This document shows positions 50,352-60,646 of a stretch of DNA of 64,000 nt, in pieces (position 1 is the first letter of the stretch; every line of letters begins with the position of its first letter). Under the pieces are notes generated by a model, which had not been told where the DNA came from, did no database searches, and was given only the letters and a program-made list of their open reading frames with translations. The DNA is from an uncultured delta proteobacterium (lineage in GTDB: Bacteria; Myxococcota_A; Polyangia; Polyangiales; Polyangiaceae): NCBI GenBank assembly GCA_963782055.1, contig CAWAIF010000003.1, forward strand, positions 4,000,001-4,064,000. The letters run 5' to 3'. A program made the translations under genes and the position numbers.

Positions 50352-53184
50352 ATGACGCCCGACGAGAACGCCCCCGCCCCGGACCTCACCAAGCCCTACG
50401 ATCCGGCCCAGGTCGAGTCGCGCTGGTACGCGTTCTGGGAGGAGAGCGGCGTCTTCGAGGCCATCGACGATCCGGCGGACACGCGCCCCGCGTACGTCAT
50501 CCCCATGCCCCCGCCCAACGTGACGGGCTCGCTGCACATGGGCCACGCGCAGCGCTGCACCCTGGAGGACGCGCTCATCCGCTTCCACCGGATGGACGGC
50601 TTCAACACCCTCTGGCAGCCGGGTATCGACCACGCCGGCATCGCCACCCAGACCGTGGTGGAGCGGCAGCTCCAGCGCGAGGGCAAGACGCGCCACGACC
50701 TCGGCCGCGAGGCCTTCGTGGAGCGCGTCTGGAAGTGGAAGGCGAAGAGCGGCGGCCGCATCGCCCTGCAGCAGCGCGTCCTCGGCGCCAGCCCCGACTG
50801 GCGGCGCAGCAAGTTCACCATGGACCCCGACCTGGGCCGCGCGGTGACCGAGGCCTTCGTGCGTCTGTACGACGAGGGCCTGATGTACCGCGACACGCGG
50901 CTCATCAACTGGTGTCCGGAGTGCCGCACCGCCCTCAGCGACCTGGAGGTGGACACCGAGGAGGGCGCCAGCGGTGAGCTCTTCGAGTTCGCCTACAAGG
51001 TGGACGGCACGGACGAGGAGATCGTCGTGGCGACCACCCGCCCGGAGACGATGCTCGGCGACACCGCGGTGGCCGTCCACCCGGATGATGCAAGATACAC
51101 GCATCTCCACGGCAAGCTCCTGGTGCACCCCTTCGTGGATCGCAAGGTGCCCGTCATCACCGACGCCATCCTGGTCGACCCCAAGTTCGGCACCGGCGCG
51201 GTGAAGGTGACGCCCGCGCACGACTTCAACGACTTCGCGACGGGCAAGCGCCACAAGCTGGAGGAGATCAGCATCTTCAACCTGGACGGCACCCTCAACG
51301 ACAGCGCGGGCCCTTTCGCCGGCCTGGACCGCAAGAAGGCGCGCGGCGCGGTGAAGAAGGCCCTCGACGAGAAGGGCCTCGCGCGCGGGACCAAGCCGCA
51401 CAAGCTCACCCTGCCGCGCTGCCAGCGCTCCGGCGGCGTGGTGGAGCCGATGATCTCCACCCAGTGGTTCCTCAGGATGAAGGGCATGGCCGATGCCGCG
51501 CTCGAGGCGGTGCACTCCGGGCGCGTGCAGGTGATCCCGCCGGAGTGGGTCAAGACCTACGACCACTTCCTGGAGAACATCCAGGACTGGTGCGTGAGCC
51601 GGCAGCTCTGGTGGGGCCACCAGAATCCCCGCCTGGCACGGCCCCGACGGCGCCATCCGCGTCGCGCGCGAGCGCCCGCCGGGCTGCACCCAGGAGGCCG
51701 GCTGGACGCAGGACCCCGACGTGCTCGACACCTGGTTCTCCAGCGCGCTCTGGCCCTTCTCCACCCTCGGCTGGCCGGACAGGACGCCCGCCCTCGCCAA
51801 GTTCTACCCGACCAACCCGGAGCAGACGAGCGACCTGGAGACGGGCTACGACATCCTCTTCTTCTGGGTCGCGCGCATGATCATGTTCGGCCTGCACTTC
51901 ACCGGCGAGGTGCCCTTCCGGCGCGTGCTGCTCAGCGGGCTCATCGTCGACGAGACCGGCGACAAGATGAGCAAGGTGAAGGGCAACGTGATCGACCCGC
52001 TGGATCTGATCCGCGGGACCACCTTCGCCGAGATGGTGAAGAAGACCCTCCCCGGCGCGCCGGAGAAGGAGGCGCTCGCCAAGTTCAAGAAGGCGTACCC
52101 GTCGGCCGCGTCGATGGGCGCCGGCTTCCCCGCCTTCGGGGCGGACGCGGTGCGCTTCACCCTCGCGACGTACCCGCCGAGCAACATGCGCATCGCCCTG
52201 GCGCCCAGGCGCATCGAGGGCAACCGCCACTTCCTGAACAAGGTGTGGAACGCGACGCGCCTGTCGCTGGAGCTGCTGGGCGACTTCTCGCCGCCCGCCG
52301 GCGTGCCGGCGCCCGAGGACGTGTACGACAGGTGGATCCTCGCCCGCCTCCACGACGCCGTCGTCACCGTGCGCCGCGGCATGGGGAGCTTCCGCATCGA
52401 CGAGGCGGCCAACGAGCTGTACCGCTTCTTCTGGTACGACTTCTGCGACTGGTACCTCGAGCTGGTGAAGCCGGTGCTGCGCGAGCCGGCCAGCCACGAC
52501 GCGGCGCGCGTCGCCGCGACGAAGGGCACGCTCCTCTTCGTGCTGGACTCCAGCCTGCGCCTGCTCCACCCCTTCGTGCCCTTCGTCACCGAGGAGCTGT
52601 GGCAGCGCCTGCCCGGGACGAAGCCGGCGAAGTCCATCGCGCTCTGCGAGTACCCCGACGCGGAGGCGATCCCCCGCGACGAGGCCGTGCTCGGGCTCAT
52701 GGCGACGTTCCAGGCGGTGGTGAGCGCCGCGCGCACCATCCGGAGCGAGCACGAGGTGAAGCCCGGCGACGAGGTGCCGCTGCGGCTGCGCGCGTCTGCG
52801 GACGCCGCGCTCGCCTTCGCGAAGGCGCGCGCCGCCACCATCAAGGTGCTGGTGAAGACGGTGGGCAATCCCGTCTTCGAGCCGACGGGTGGCCCGCGCC
52901 CGGCCGGGTCGATGACCGGCGTCGTCCCCTCTCCCGACGGCCCCATCGAGGTGCTCGTCGGCCTCAAGGGCCTGGTGACGAAGGACGCCGAGCTCGCCCG
53001 CATCGACCGCGAGCTGAAGAAGCTGGACAAGGACCTCGCCGCCATCGACAAAAAGCTCGGCTCCCCCGCCTTCGTCGACAAGGCACCGAAGGAGGTCGTG
53101 GAGGAAGCGCGGGAGCAGAGGAAGCGCATCGAGGAGGCCAAGGCCCGCCTCGTGGAGGCGCGCGGCCTGGCCGAGGAACTGTAG
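50352..53184 (+). CDS. valS: valine--tRNA ligase (+1 frameshift at ~51624)
   Basis: PPPNVTGSLHMGH, DWCVSRQLWWGHQ|IPAW, DVLDTWFSS and KMSK motifs; C-terminal coiled coil. Confidence 0.96.
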
Positions 53185-53242
53185 TCGCGGGCACGCGTTC
53201 GTTGCTGCGTTCGAGACGGAAAAGCGAGTAGAGTCTGGGGCC

Positions 53243-54724
53243 ATGTCGCAACTGGCTTCGGGGGAAGAGGCTGCGCTCCGAGCCGCGCTCGACTGGTTGA
53301 AACGCTCCCCGGACGTCCGCTACGCGGAGGTCCGCTTCGTCGGCGAGTCGCGCGAGAAGCTGCGCGTGCGCGACGGGCGCCCCGAGCAGGTGACCGGCGG
53401 CGGAACGCGCGGCGTCGGCGTGCGGGTCCTCGGCGCGCGCACCTGGGGCTTCGCCTGCACCCCGGACGTGACGGAGGCCGCCGTCCTCGCCGCCGCCGAG
53501 CGCGCGGTGCGGATCGCGAAGGCCTCCGGCGCCGTCGCGCGGGAGGCGGTCGTCTTCCCGGAGCAGGCCGCCGCGCGCGGCACGTACGCGACCGCGCTCG
53601 AGATCGACCCCTTCGGCGTCTCGCTGGAGGACAAGCTCGCCGAGCTGGACCGCCCGGTGCGCGCCATGCTCGCGCGCGGCAAGCCGGTGCAGTCGGCCGA
53701 GGCGTGGATGGAGTGGGTGAAGACGGCGAAGCGCCTGCTCACCACCGAGGGCACCGACGTCGCCCAGGACTTCGTCTACGGCGGCTGCGGCATGCACGTC
53801 TTCGCCCTCGGCGACGACGGCGTCGCGCAGCGCCGCAGCTACCCGAGCTGGCAGGGCTGCGACGGCTTCCAGGGCGGCTACGAGCACGTCGCCACCCTGG
53901 CCCTGGGCGATCACACCGAGCGCCTCGCCGAGGAGGCGGTCGCGCTCCTCACCGCGCCCCCCTGCCCCTCCGGCACGCGCAATCTCATCCTGGACGCCAG
54001 CCAGGTCGCCCTGCAGATCCACGAGTCGTGCGGCCACCCGACGGAGCTGGACCGCGCCCTCGGCTCGGAGATCTCCCTCGCCGGCGGCTCCTTCATGCAG
54101 CCGTCGATGCTCGGCAAGCTGCGCTACGGCTCGGAGGCGGTGACCATCGTCGCCGACTCCACCTCACCGGGCGGCATGGGCACCTTCGGCTGGGACGACG
54201 AGGGCGTCGCCGCGGGCAAGCACCCGCTGGTCGAGCGCGGCCTGTTCGTCGACTACCTCTCCAGCCGCGAGACCGCCGCCGCCCTCGGCCGTCCGTCCAC
54301 CGGCACCATGCGCGCGGAGGGCTGGAACCGCACGCCGCTCATCCGCATGGTCAACGTCTCCATCGAGCCGGGCAAGGGCACGCTCGACGAGCTCATCGCC
54401 GACACGCAGGACGGCGTCTACATGGAGGTCGACAAGAGCTGGAGCATCGACGACCTGCGCCTCAACTTCCAGTTCTCCTGCGAGGCGGCGTGGGAGATCA
54501 AGGGCGGCAAGAAGACGCGCCTGCTCCGCGATCCGCGCTACACCGGCATCACCCCGGAGTTCTGGCGCTCCTGCGACGCCGTCTGCGGCGAGAAGGACTG
54601 GAAGCTCTTCGGCCTGGCCACCTGCGGCAAGGGCGACCCGATGCAGATCATGCAAGTGGGCCACGGCGCGTCGCCGGCGCGATTCCGCAAGGTGAGCCTC
54701 GGCAACACCGGGAGGAACGCGTGA
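53243..54724 (+). CDS. TldD-family metalloprotease (second paralog)
   Basis: IHESCGHPTELDR, DDEG, RMVNVS and CGKG.P.Q motifs. Confidence 0.92.
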   Translation: MSQLASGEEAALRAALDWLKRSPDVRYAEVRFVGESREKLRVRDGRPEQVTGGGTRGVGVRVLGARTWGFACTPDVTEAAVLAAAERAVRIAKASGAVAREAVVFPEQAAARGTYATALEIDPFGVSLEDKLAELDRPVRAMLARGKPVQSAEAWMEWVKTAKRLLTTEGTDVAQDFVYGGCGMHVFALGDDGVAQRRSYPSWQGCDGFQGGYEHVATLALGDHTERLAEEAVALLTAPPCPSGTRNLILDASQVALQIHESCGHPTELDRALGSEISLAGGSFMQPSMLGKLRYGSEAVTIVADSTSPGGMGTFGWDDEGVAAGKHPLVERGLFVDYLSSRETAAALGRPSTGTMRAEGWNRTPLIRMVNVSIEPGKGTLDELIADTQDGVYMEVDKSWSIDDLRLNFQFSCEAAWEIKGGKKTRLLRDPRYTGITPEFWRSCDAVCGEKDWKLFGLATCGKGDPMQIMQVGHGASPARFRKVSLGNTGRNA

Positions 54725-56124
54725 GCGGCCGGGAGGACGGGGCCGTGAAGGGCGCCGCGCTGCTCGACCTCTGCAAGGAGGCGCTGCGCGCCGCCGGCGA
54801 GGCCGACGCCGAGGTCTTCGCCAGCAACAAGACGCGTGGCTGCGCGCGCTTCGCCATCGGCGAGCTGGGGCAGCACATGGACATCCGCGATCCGAAGGTG
54901 GTCGTGCGGGTCGCCCGCGGCGCGCGCGTCGCCGAGGCGCGCACCAGTCAGCTGGAGGTCGGGGCCATCACCCAGGCGCTGCGCGACGCGGCCGCGGCCG
55001 CGCGCTTCGTCCCGGAGACGGAGGGCTTCCCCGGCTTCGCCGGCAAGGGCGAGCCGCACGCCGCGCCCCCGCGCTTCGACGAGGCGACCGCGGCGGCCAC
55101 GCCCGAGCAGCGCGCCGAGATGCTCGCGCCCGTGCTGCGGTCCATCCGCGACGCGGGGTTCGTGAGCGCGGGCATGCTGGAGACGACGACGGCGGCCTAC
55201 GCGGTCGCGACGACGGCGGGGTGCGCGCGCAGCCACGACGCCACCCAGTCCAGCTTCAAGGTCTGGGCGCTCGAGACCGCCGGCGCCGGCGGCTCCGCCG
55301 GCTTCGGCACCCACATGGACCGGAGCGTCGCGCGGCTGCACGTCGCCGAGGAGACCGAGCGCGCCATCCGCATGTGCCGCCTCGGCCTGAAGCCCGGCGA
55401 GATGGACGAGGGCACCTACGACGTGGTGATGGAGCCGGCGGCCGTTGCCGAGCTGCTGGAGTGGCTCTCGGCGATCGCCTTCGGCGCGCCGGAGGTGGAG
55501 CAGGGCGGCAGCCCGATGCGCCTGGGCGAGACGATCACGGGCGAGGGCGTCACGCTGGCGGAGGACCCCCTCGACGGGGGCGAGACCGGCTTCGGCGTCC
55601 CCTTCGACCGCGAGGGCACGCCCCGCGCGCGCGTCCCCCTCATCGAGCGCGGCGTGGCGAAGGCCATCCTCTACGACCGCACGTACGCCGCGCGCCGCGG
55701 CACCCTCTCCACGGGCAGCGCCCTCGCCGACAACGAGTTCAGCTCGGTGGGCGCCGGCGCATTGCACCTGGCCGGCGGCGAGGCCGGGGGCGTCGACGAG
55801 CTCATCGCCGGCATCGACCGCGGCCTCTACGTGTGCCGCCTCCACTACGTCAACGGCCTGCTGGAGACCCCGCGCGCGGTCATGACCGGCCTCACGCGCG
55901 ACGGCTGCTTCCTCGTGGAGAAGGGCAAGATCGTGCGCGGCCTGGGCAACATGCGCTTCACCGACAGCTTCCTCGAGGGCCTCGCGCGGTGCGACGGCAT
56001 GACGCGCGCGTGCCGCGCCATCCCCACATGGTGGACCGACATCGGCGCGGTGGTCGCGCCCGCCATCCGCATGCGCGCCTTCCGCTTCAACGGCCGGAGC
56101 CAGAGGCCGGCCTCCCTCGCGTGA
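54721..56124 (+). CDS. TldE/PmbA-family protein
   Basis: GTYDVVMEPAAV, PFDREG, TGLTRDG and NMRF motifs; no HExxH; GTGA overlap. Confidence 0.88.
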   Translation: MSGREDGAVKGAALLDLCKEALRAAGEADAEVFASNKTRGCARFAIGELGQHMDIRDPKVVVRVARGARVAEARTSQLEVGAITQALRDAAAAARFVPETEGFPGFAGKGEPHAAPPRFDEATAAATPEQRAEMLAPVLRSIRDAGFVSAGMLETTTAAYAVATTAGCARSHDATQSSFKVWALETAGAGGSAGFGTHMDRSVARLHVAEETERAIRMCRLGLKPGEMDEGTYDVVMEPAAVAELLEWLSAIAFGAPEVEQGGSPMRLGETITGEGVTLAEDPLDGGETGFGVPFDREGTPRARVPLIERGVAKAILYDRTYAARRGTLSTGSALADNEFSSVGAGALHLAGGEAGGVDELIAGIDRGLYVCRLHYVNGLLETPRAVMTGLTRDGCFLVEKGKIVRGLGNMRFTDSFLEGLARCDGMTRACRAIPTWWTDIGAVVAPAIRMRAFRFNGRSQRPASLA

Positions 56125-57806
56125 CCGCCGAGGCGCGCGCCGGCTCGACGTCGCCCACGGGGGCGCCGTACGAGGAGGCCCTTGCGCGGCTCGCCGCGCA
56201 CAAGGACGCGTGGGTGCGCGCGCCCATGCCGGAGCGGCTCGCCCTCATCGCCCGCTGCCGCGATCGCCTCGCCGCCGTCGCGGAGGAGTGGGTGCGCGCG
56301 GGATGCGCGGTCAAGGGCATCGACCCGGCCTCGACGCTCGCCGGCGAGGAGTGGCTCGCCGGCCCGGTGCCGGTGATGCGCAACCTGCGCCTGCTCGCCC
56401 GCGCGATGAAGGCCGGCGGCACGCCGCGCGCGCCCTGGCTGTCACGCCGGCCGGACGGCCAGGTCGTCGCCCGCGTCTTCCCCGACGCCGCCCTCGATCG
56501 CCTCATGCTCCCCGGCGTCCGCGCCGAGGTGTGGATGCAGCCCGGGAAGACCGCCTCGCAGGGCGCGGCCTACCGATCCCCGCCGCCCGGCCGCGTCTGC
56601 CTGGTGCTCGGCGGCGGCAACGTCTCCAGCATCGGGCCGATGGATGTACTCACCAAGCTCTTCGTCGAGCTGCAGGTGGTCGTCCTGAAGGTCCACCCGG
56701 TGCAGGACCCGCTCGCCGCGCACGTCGAGGTCGCCCTCTCCCCGCTGGTGGAGGCGGGCCTGCTCGCGGTGGTGCGTGGCGGCGTGGAGGTGGGCGCCGC
56801 GCTGGCCGGCCATCCCCTGGTCGACACGCTGCACGTCACCGGATCGGATCGCACCTACGACGCCATCGTCTGGGGCCCGCCGGAGGAGCAGGCGGCGCGC
56901 AAGGCGGAGGGCCGCCGGGCCAACGAGCGCCCCTTCTCGGCCGAGCTGGGGTGCGTCACGCCGGTGCTCGTCGTCCCCGGCCCGTGGTCGGCGCCCGACA
57001 TGGACTTCCAGGCGCGGCAGGTGGCCGGCATGGTGGTGCAGAACGCGAGCTTCAACTGCAACGCCGCGAAGGTCGTCGTCGTGGCGAAGGGCTGGCCGCA
57101 GCGCGAGGCCTTCCTGGGCCTGCTGGAGAAGCACCTCCGGGCGGCCGCCCCGCGGCGCGCGTACTACCCCGGCGCGCGGGAGCGCTGGAGCGCGCTCGTC
57201 GACCGCTACCCTGGCGCCGCGGTGCTCGGCCAGGACGGGGGCGGCGAGAGCGACGTGCCGTGGACCATCCTTCGTGACGTGCCCCCGCGCGCGGGCGAGC
57301 CCGCCCTCGAGCGCGAGTCCTTCTGCGGTGTCGTCGCCACCACCACGCTGGACGCGACGTCGCCGGTGGAGTTTCTCTCCCGCGCCGTCCCCTTCGCCAA
57401 CGACGTCTGCTGGGGCAACCTCTCCTGCGCGATGCTCGTGCACCCCACGACGCACGAGGACCACGAGGTGGAGGTGGACCGCGCGGTGGCGGAGCTGCGC
57501 TTCGGTGGCGTCGCGGTCAACGCCTGGCCCGCCCTTCTCTATGCGCTCGGCTCCACCACCTGGGGCGCCTTCCCCGGCAACCCGCCCGAGGACATCCGGA
57601 GCGGGGTCGGCGTCGTGCACGACGCCATGCTCTTCGACCACCCGCAGAAGAGCGTCGCCTACGCGCCGTTCCGCGCCAGCCCCAAGCCGGCGTGGTTCCC
57701 CGACCACCGCAGCCTGGATCGCCTCGGCCGCGCCCTCTTCGCCTACGAGACACGCCCCTCGCTCGGCGCGCTGGGCAAGCTCGCCCTGGCGGCCATGCGC
57801 GGATGA
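56121..57806 (+). CDS. aldehyde dehydrogenase-family protein (divergent subfamily)
   Basis: GGGN, VVLK, HVTGS, AELG and FNC catalytic motifs; E.F motif. Confidence 0.85.
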   Translation: MTAEARAGSTSPTGAPYEEALARLAAHKDAWVRAPMPERLALIARCRDRLAAVAEEWVRAGCAVKGIDPASTLAGEEWLAGPVPVMRNLRLLARAMKAGGTPRAPWLSRRPDGQVVARVFPDAALDRLMLPGVRAEVWMQPGKTASQGAAYRSPPPGRVCLVLGGGNVSSIGPMDVLTKLFVELQVVVLKVHPVQDPLAAHVEVALSPLVEAGLLAVVRGGVEVGAALAGHPLVDTLHVTGSDRTYDAIVWGPPEEQAARKAEGRRANERPFSAELGCVTPVLVVPGPWSAPDMDFQARQVAGMVVQNASFNCNAAKVVVVAKGWPQREAFLGLLEKHLRAAAPRRAYYPGARERWSALVDRYPGAAVLGQDGGGESDVPWTILRDVPPRAGEPALERESFCGVVATTTLDATSPVEFLSRAVPFANDVCWGNLSCAMLVHPTTHEDHEVEVDRAVAELRFGGVAVNAWPALLYALGSTTWGAFPGNPPEDIRSGVGVVHDAMLFDHPQKSVAYAPFRASPKPAWFPDHRSLDRLGRALFAYETRPSLGALGKLALAAMRG

Positions 57807-58456
57807 GGGCCGCGGTGCCGGTCCGCCGTCGCAAGAAGGTGCGCACCGTCGCCGTCGCCGGCACCATCGGCGCGGGCAAGACCTCCCTCGTGCAGTGGCT
57901 CGTCAAGCGCTACGGACTCGAGCCCTTCTACGAGCCCAACGAGGACAACCCCTACCTCGCCGACTTCTACCGCGACATGAAGCGCTGGGCGCTGCACTCG
58001 CAGCTCTTCTTTCTCGCGCACAAGCTGGAGCTCCACCAGCGCCTGGAGGCGGCGAAGGGTCCGGCGGTCATCGACCGCACCATCTACGAGGACGCGGAGA
58101 TCTTCGCGCGCAACCTCCACGCGCAGCGCCGCATGGACTCGCGCGACTTCGCCGTGTACATGCGCCTCTACGAGGGCATCAAGCGCAGCCTCCGACCGCC
58201 CGACCTGCTCATCGCCCTCTCCTGCTCGCTGCGCACGGCGAAGAAGCGCATCCGCAAGCGCGGCCGGTCGATGGAACAGGCCATCCCCGACGCCTACCTG
58301 CGGCGGCTGCATCGCCTCTACGACGACTGGTTCGATCGCTACGACCTCTCCCCGGTCATCCGCATCCGCACCGACGACATGGACTACGTCGAGGACCTCA
58401 TCGCCCTGCTCGAGCTGCAGCAGACGCTCGACGCCGTCCTTCAGAAGGTGCGGTAG
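57803..58456 (+). CDS. deoxynucleoside kinase
   Basis: GTIGAGKT, NPYLADFY, DRTIYED, PDL and RGR.ME motifs. Confidence 0.92.
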   Translation: MRAAVPVRRRKKVRTVAVAGTIGAGKTSLVQWLVKRYGLEPFYEPNEDNPYLADFYRDMKRWALHSQLFFLAHKLELHQRLEAAKGPAVIDRTIYEDAEIFARNLHAQRRMDSRDFAVYMRLYEGIKRSLRPPDLLIALSCSLRTAKKRIRKRGRSMEQAIPDAYLRRLHRLYDDWFDRYDLSPVIRIRTDDMDYVEDLIALLELQQTLDAVLQKVR

Positions 58457-58884
58457 GACGCCACCGCCGTGCCGAGCGCCGCGGTGGCGAGGGCGAGCGC
58501 GGCGGACGCGACGAACGCCCGGTGCGCGATGCGGCGGATCTGCGGGCGCTTCTCCGGCGCCGGGCGCGCCGCCAGGTAGGCGATCGCGCCGGCCCAGGCG
58601 AGCAGCAGCGCGCCGAACGCCAGGTGCTCCTTGCGCTCGAAGAGGTACCCGACCGAGGGTGCGTGCTGGAAGATCGGCGTCTTCACCTTCTCCCGGTAGT
58701 CCTTGTAGAGCAGCGCGCCGATGGCGAAGACCAGGGTGACGCCGCCGGTGGAGAGGCCCACGGCGAGGTCGGCCTTGCGCTTCGGCTTCCGCAGCACCCA
58801 GGCCGGGTGGCAAAGCAGCGCCGCAGCGAGCCACCCTGCGTGCCCATGGATGTGCTCGGCCAGCCGCAACGCCTCGGAAGACAC
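58441..58884 (-). CDS. hypothetical membrane protein
   Basis: TM segments with HIHGH and FERKEH; GTG 7 nt after TGC-TACAAC. Confidence 0.65.
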   Translation of the reverse strand: MSSEALRLAEHIHGHAGWLAAALLCHPAWVLRKPKRKADLAVGLSTGGVTLVFAIGALLYKDYREKVKTPIFQHAPSVGYLFERKEHLAFGALLLAWAGAIAYLAARPAPEKRPQIRRIAHRAFVASAALALATAALGTAVASYRTF

Positions 58885-59171
58885 GCCGGGGGTTGTAGCA
58901 CCTCCCCTCCGCCCTCCAGGCTGCTCCCGTGGAAGATGGGGCAATATGCCTCGGTCCGGGGCGCGCATCCCACTGCGAGCATGCTCGCAGTGAGCCGCTG
59001 GCGGGCGTTTCCGGGAGGCGGTGGGCCTCCGGCCAGGAGGTACGGGCCTTGCTCAGGAGGCCGTCGCGGTACGATTTTCCCACAAATTAGCCAAAATCGG
59101 ACCGAGGACCGCGATCAAGTGCCCTGCCGGGCCTCCCGGTTTGAGGCACACTGCCCCAGAAGCCCAAAACC

Positions 59172-60602
59172 ATGCAAACGACTCCCATCTCCGCGACCAC
59201 CAAGGGCCGCGTGCTCCTGCTCGAAGACGACGACACCCTCGCGAGCCTCCTCGCCCGCGTGCTCCGGACCGACGGCTACCAGGTCGAGGTGCTGGAATCC
59301 GGCGAGGCGCTGCCCCAGCCGGCCAAGGTGAGCAGCTTCGACGTCGTGCTCTCCGACATCCACCTCGCCGGCAAGGCGACAGGCCACGACGTGCTGCGGA
59401 AGGTCCGCGAGGCGAACCCCACCATGCCCGTCATCCTGATGACCGCCTACGCCGACATCGAAGGCGCCATGAGCGCGGTGAGCCAGGGCGCCTACGACTA
59501 CCTCGCCAAGCCCATCGAGCCGAACGAGCTGCGCCGCATGCTGGGCGAAGCGATCGGCCGCCGCCGCCTGGCAGAGGTCAAGAAGCCCAACCACGACCCG
59601 CGCGAGGCCGCCGCCGGCGAGACGCAGATCGTCGGCGCCGCCCCGGCGATGATCGAGGTCTACAAGACGGTCGCGCAGGTCGCCCCGACGACGGCCACCG
59701 TGCTCATCGTCGGCGAGAGCGGCACGGGCAAGGAGCTCGTCGCGCGCGCCATCCACGCCAAGTCGCCCCGAGCGGGCAAGCCCTTCGTCGCGGTCAACTG
59801 CGCCGCGCTGCCGGAGTCCATCCTGGAGAGCGAGCTCTTCGGGCACGAGAAGGGCTCCTTCACCGGCGCGACCGGCGCCAAGCGCGGCCTCTTCGAGGAG
59901 GCCACCGGCGGCACGCTCTTCCTCGACGAAGTGGGAGACATCTCCCCCAAGATGCAGGTCCAGCTCCTGCGCGTGCTGCAGGAGGGTGAGATCCGCCGCG
60001 TGGGCGGCGGCGAGACGGTGAAGGTCGACGTTCGCGTCGTCGCCGCCACCAACCGCGACCTCAAGGCGGACGTGGCCGCCGGCCGCTTCCGGGAGGACCT
60101 CTTCTTCCGGCTCCAGGTCGTGCAGGTGCGCGTTCCCCCGCTGCGCGAGCGCAAGCAGGACATCAAGCTGCTGGTGCAGCACTTCCTCGCCAAGCACGCC
60201 GAGCGGCAGAAGCGCCCGGTGCCCAACGTCGCGCCGGAGGCGATCGAGGCGCTCGAGGCCTACGCCTTCCCGGGCAACGTCCGCGAGCTGGCGCACGTCG
60301 TCGAGCGCGCGCTGCTCCTCGCGCGCGAGGGTGTGATCACCGCGAGCGATCTGCCGCGCGAGATCGTCAGCGGCGGGAAGGCCTCCACCACCGGGATGTC
60401 CGCCCTCGCGGACGACTGGCCCACCCTCGCCGTGGTGGAGCGCCGCTACATCGACCGCGTGCTGGCGCGCACCGGCGGCAACAAGACGCGCGCCGCGGAG
60501 GTGCTGGGCATCGACCGCCGCACGCTCAACCGCATGTTCGCGCGCGAGCGCGCCGCCGCCGCCGCCAAGGCGCAGAACGGCGGCGCCGAGGCCGAGGCCT
60601 GA
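59172..60602 (+). CDS. sigma54-dependent NtrC/AtoC-family response regulator
   Basis: Receiver, GESGTGKE, ESELFGHEKGSFTGA, FLDEVG, GNVREL and Fis-type HTH. Confidence 0.96.
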   Translation: MQTTPISATTKGRVLLLEDDDTLASLLARVLRTDGYQVEVLESGEALPQPAKVSSFDVVLSDIHLAGKATGHDVLRKVREANPTMPVILMTAYADIEGAMSAVSQGAYDYLAKPIEPNELRRMLGEAIGRRRLAEVKKPNHDPREAAAGETQIVGAAPAMIEVYKTVAQVAPTTATVLIVGESGTGKELVARAIHAKSPRAGKPFVAVNCAALPESILESELFGHEKGSFTGATGAKRGLFEEATGGTLFLDEVGDISPKMQVQLLRVLQEGEIRRVGGGETVKVDVRVVAATNRDLKADVAAGRFREDLFFRLQVVQVRVPPLRERKQDIKLLVQHFLAKHAERQKRPVPNVAPEAIEALEAYAFPGNVRELAHVVERALLLAREGVITASDLPREIVSGGKASTTGMSALADDWPTLAVVERRYIDRVLARTGGNKTRAAEVLGIDRRTLNRMFARERAAAAAKAQNGGAEAEA

Positions 60603-60608
60603 CCGACC

Positions 60609-60640
60609 CGGGCATCCCGGGCTCCGGCCCGGGGTGCCCG
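60609..60640. terminator. 14-bp hairpin between convergent genes
   Basis: CGGGCATCCCGGGC-TCCG-GCCCGGGGTGCCCG (one G-U pair). Confidence 0.55.
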
Positions 60641-60646
60641 CGCCTC

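Noticed and set aside
50229..53231. 1000-aa ORF as full-length ValRS
   Set aside because: After WWGHQ it becomes shadow-frame sequence; the real C-terminal half is in the 51721..53184 frame
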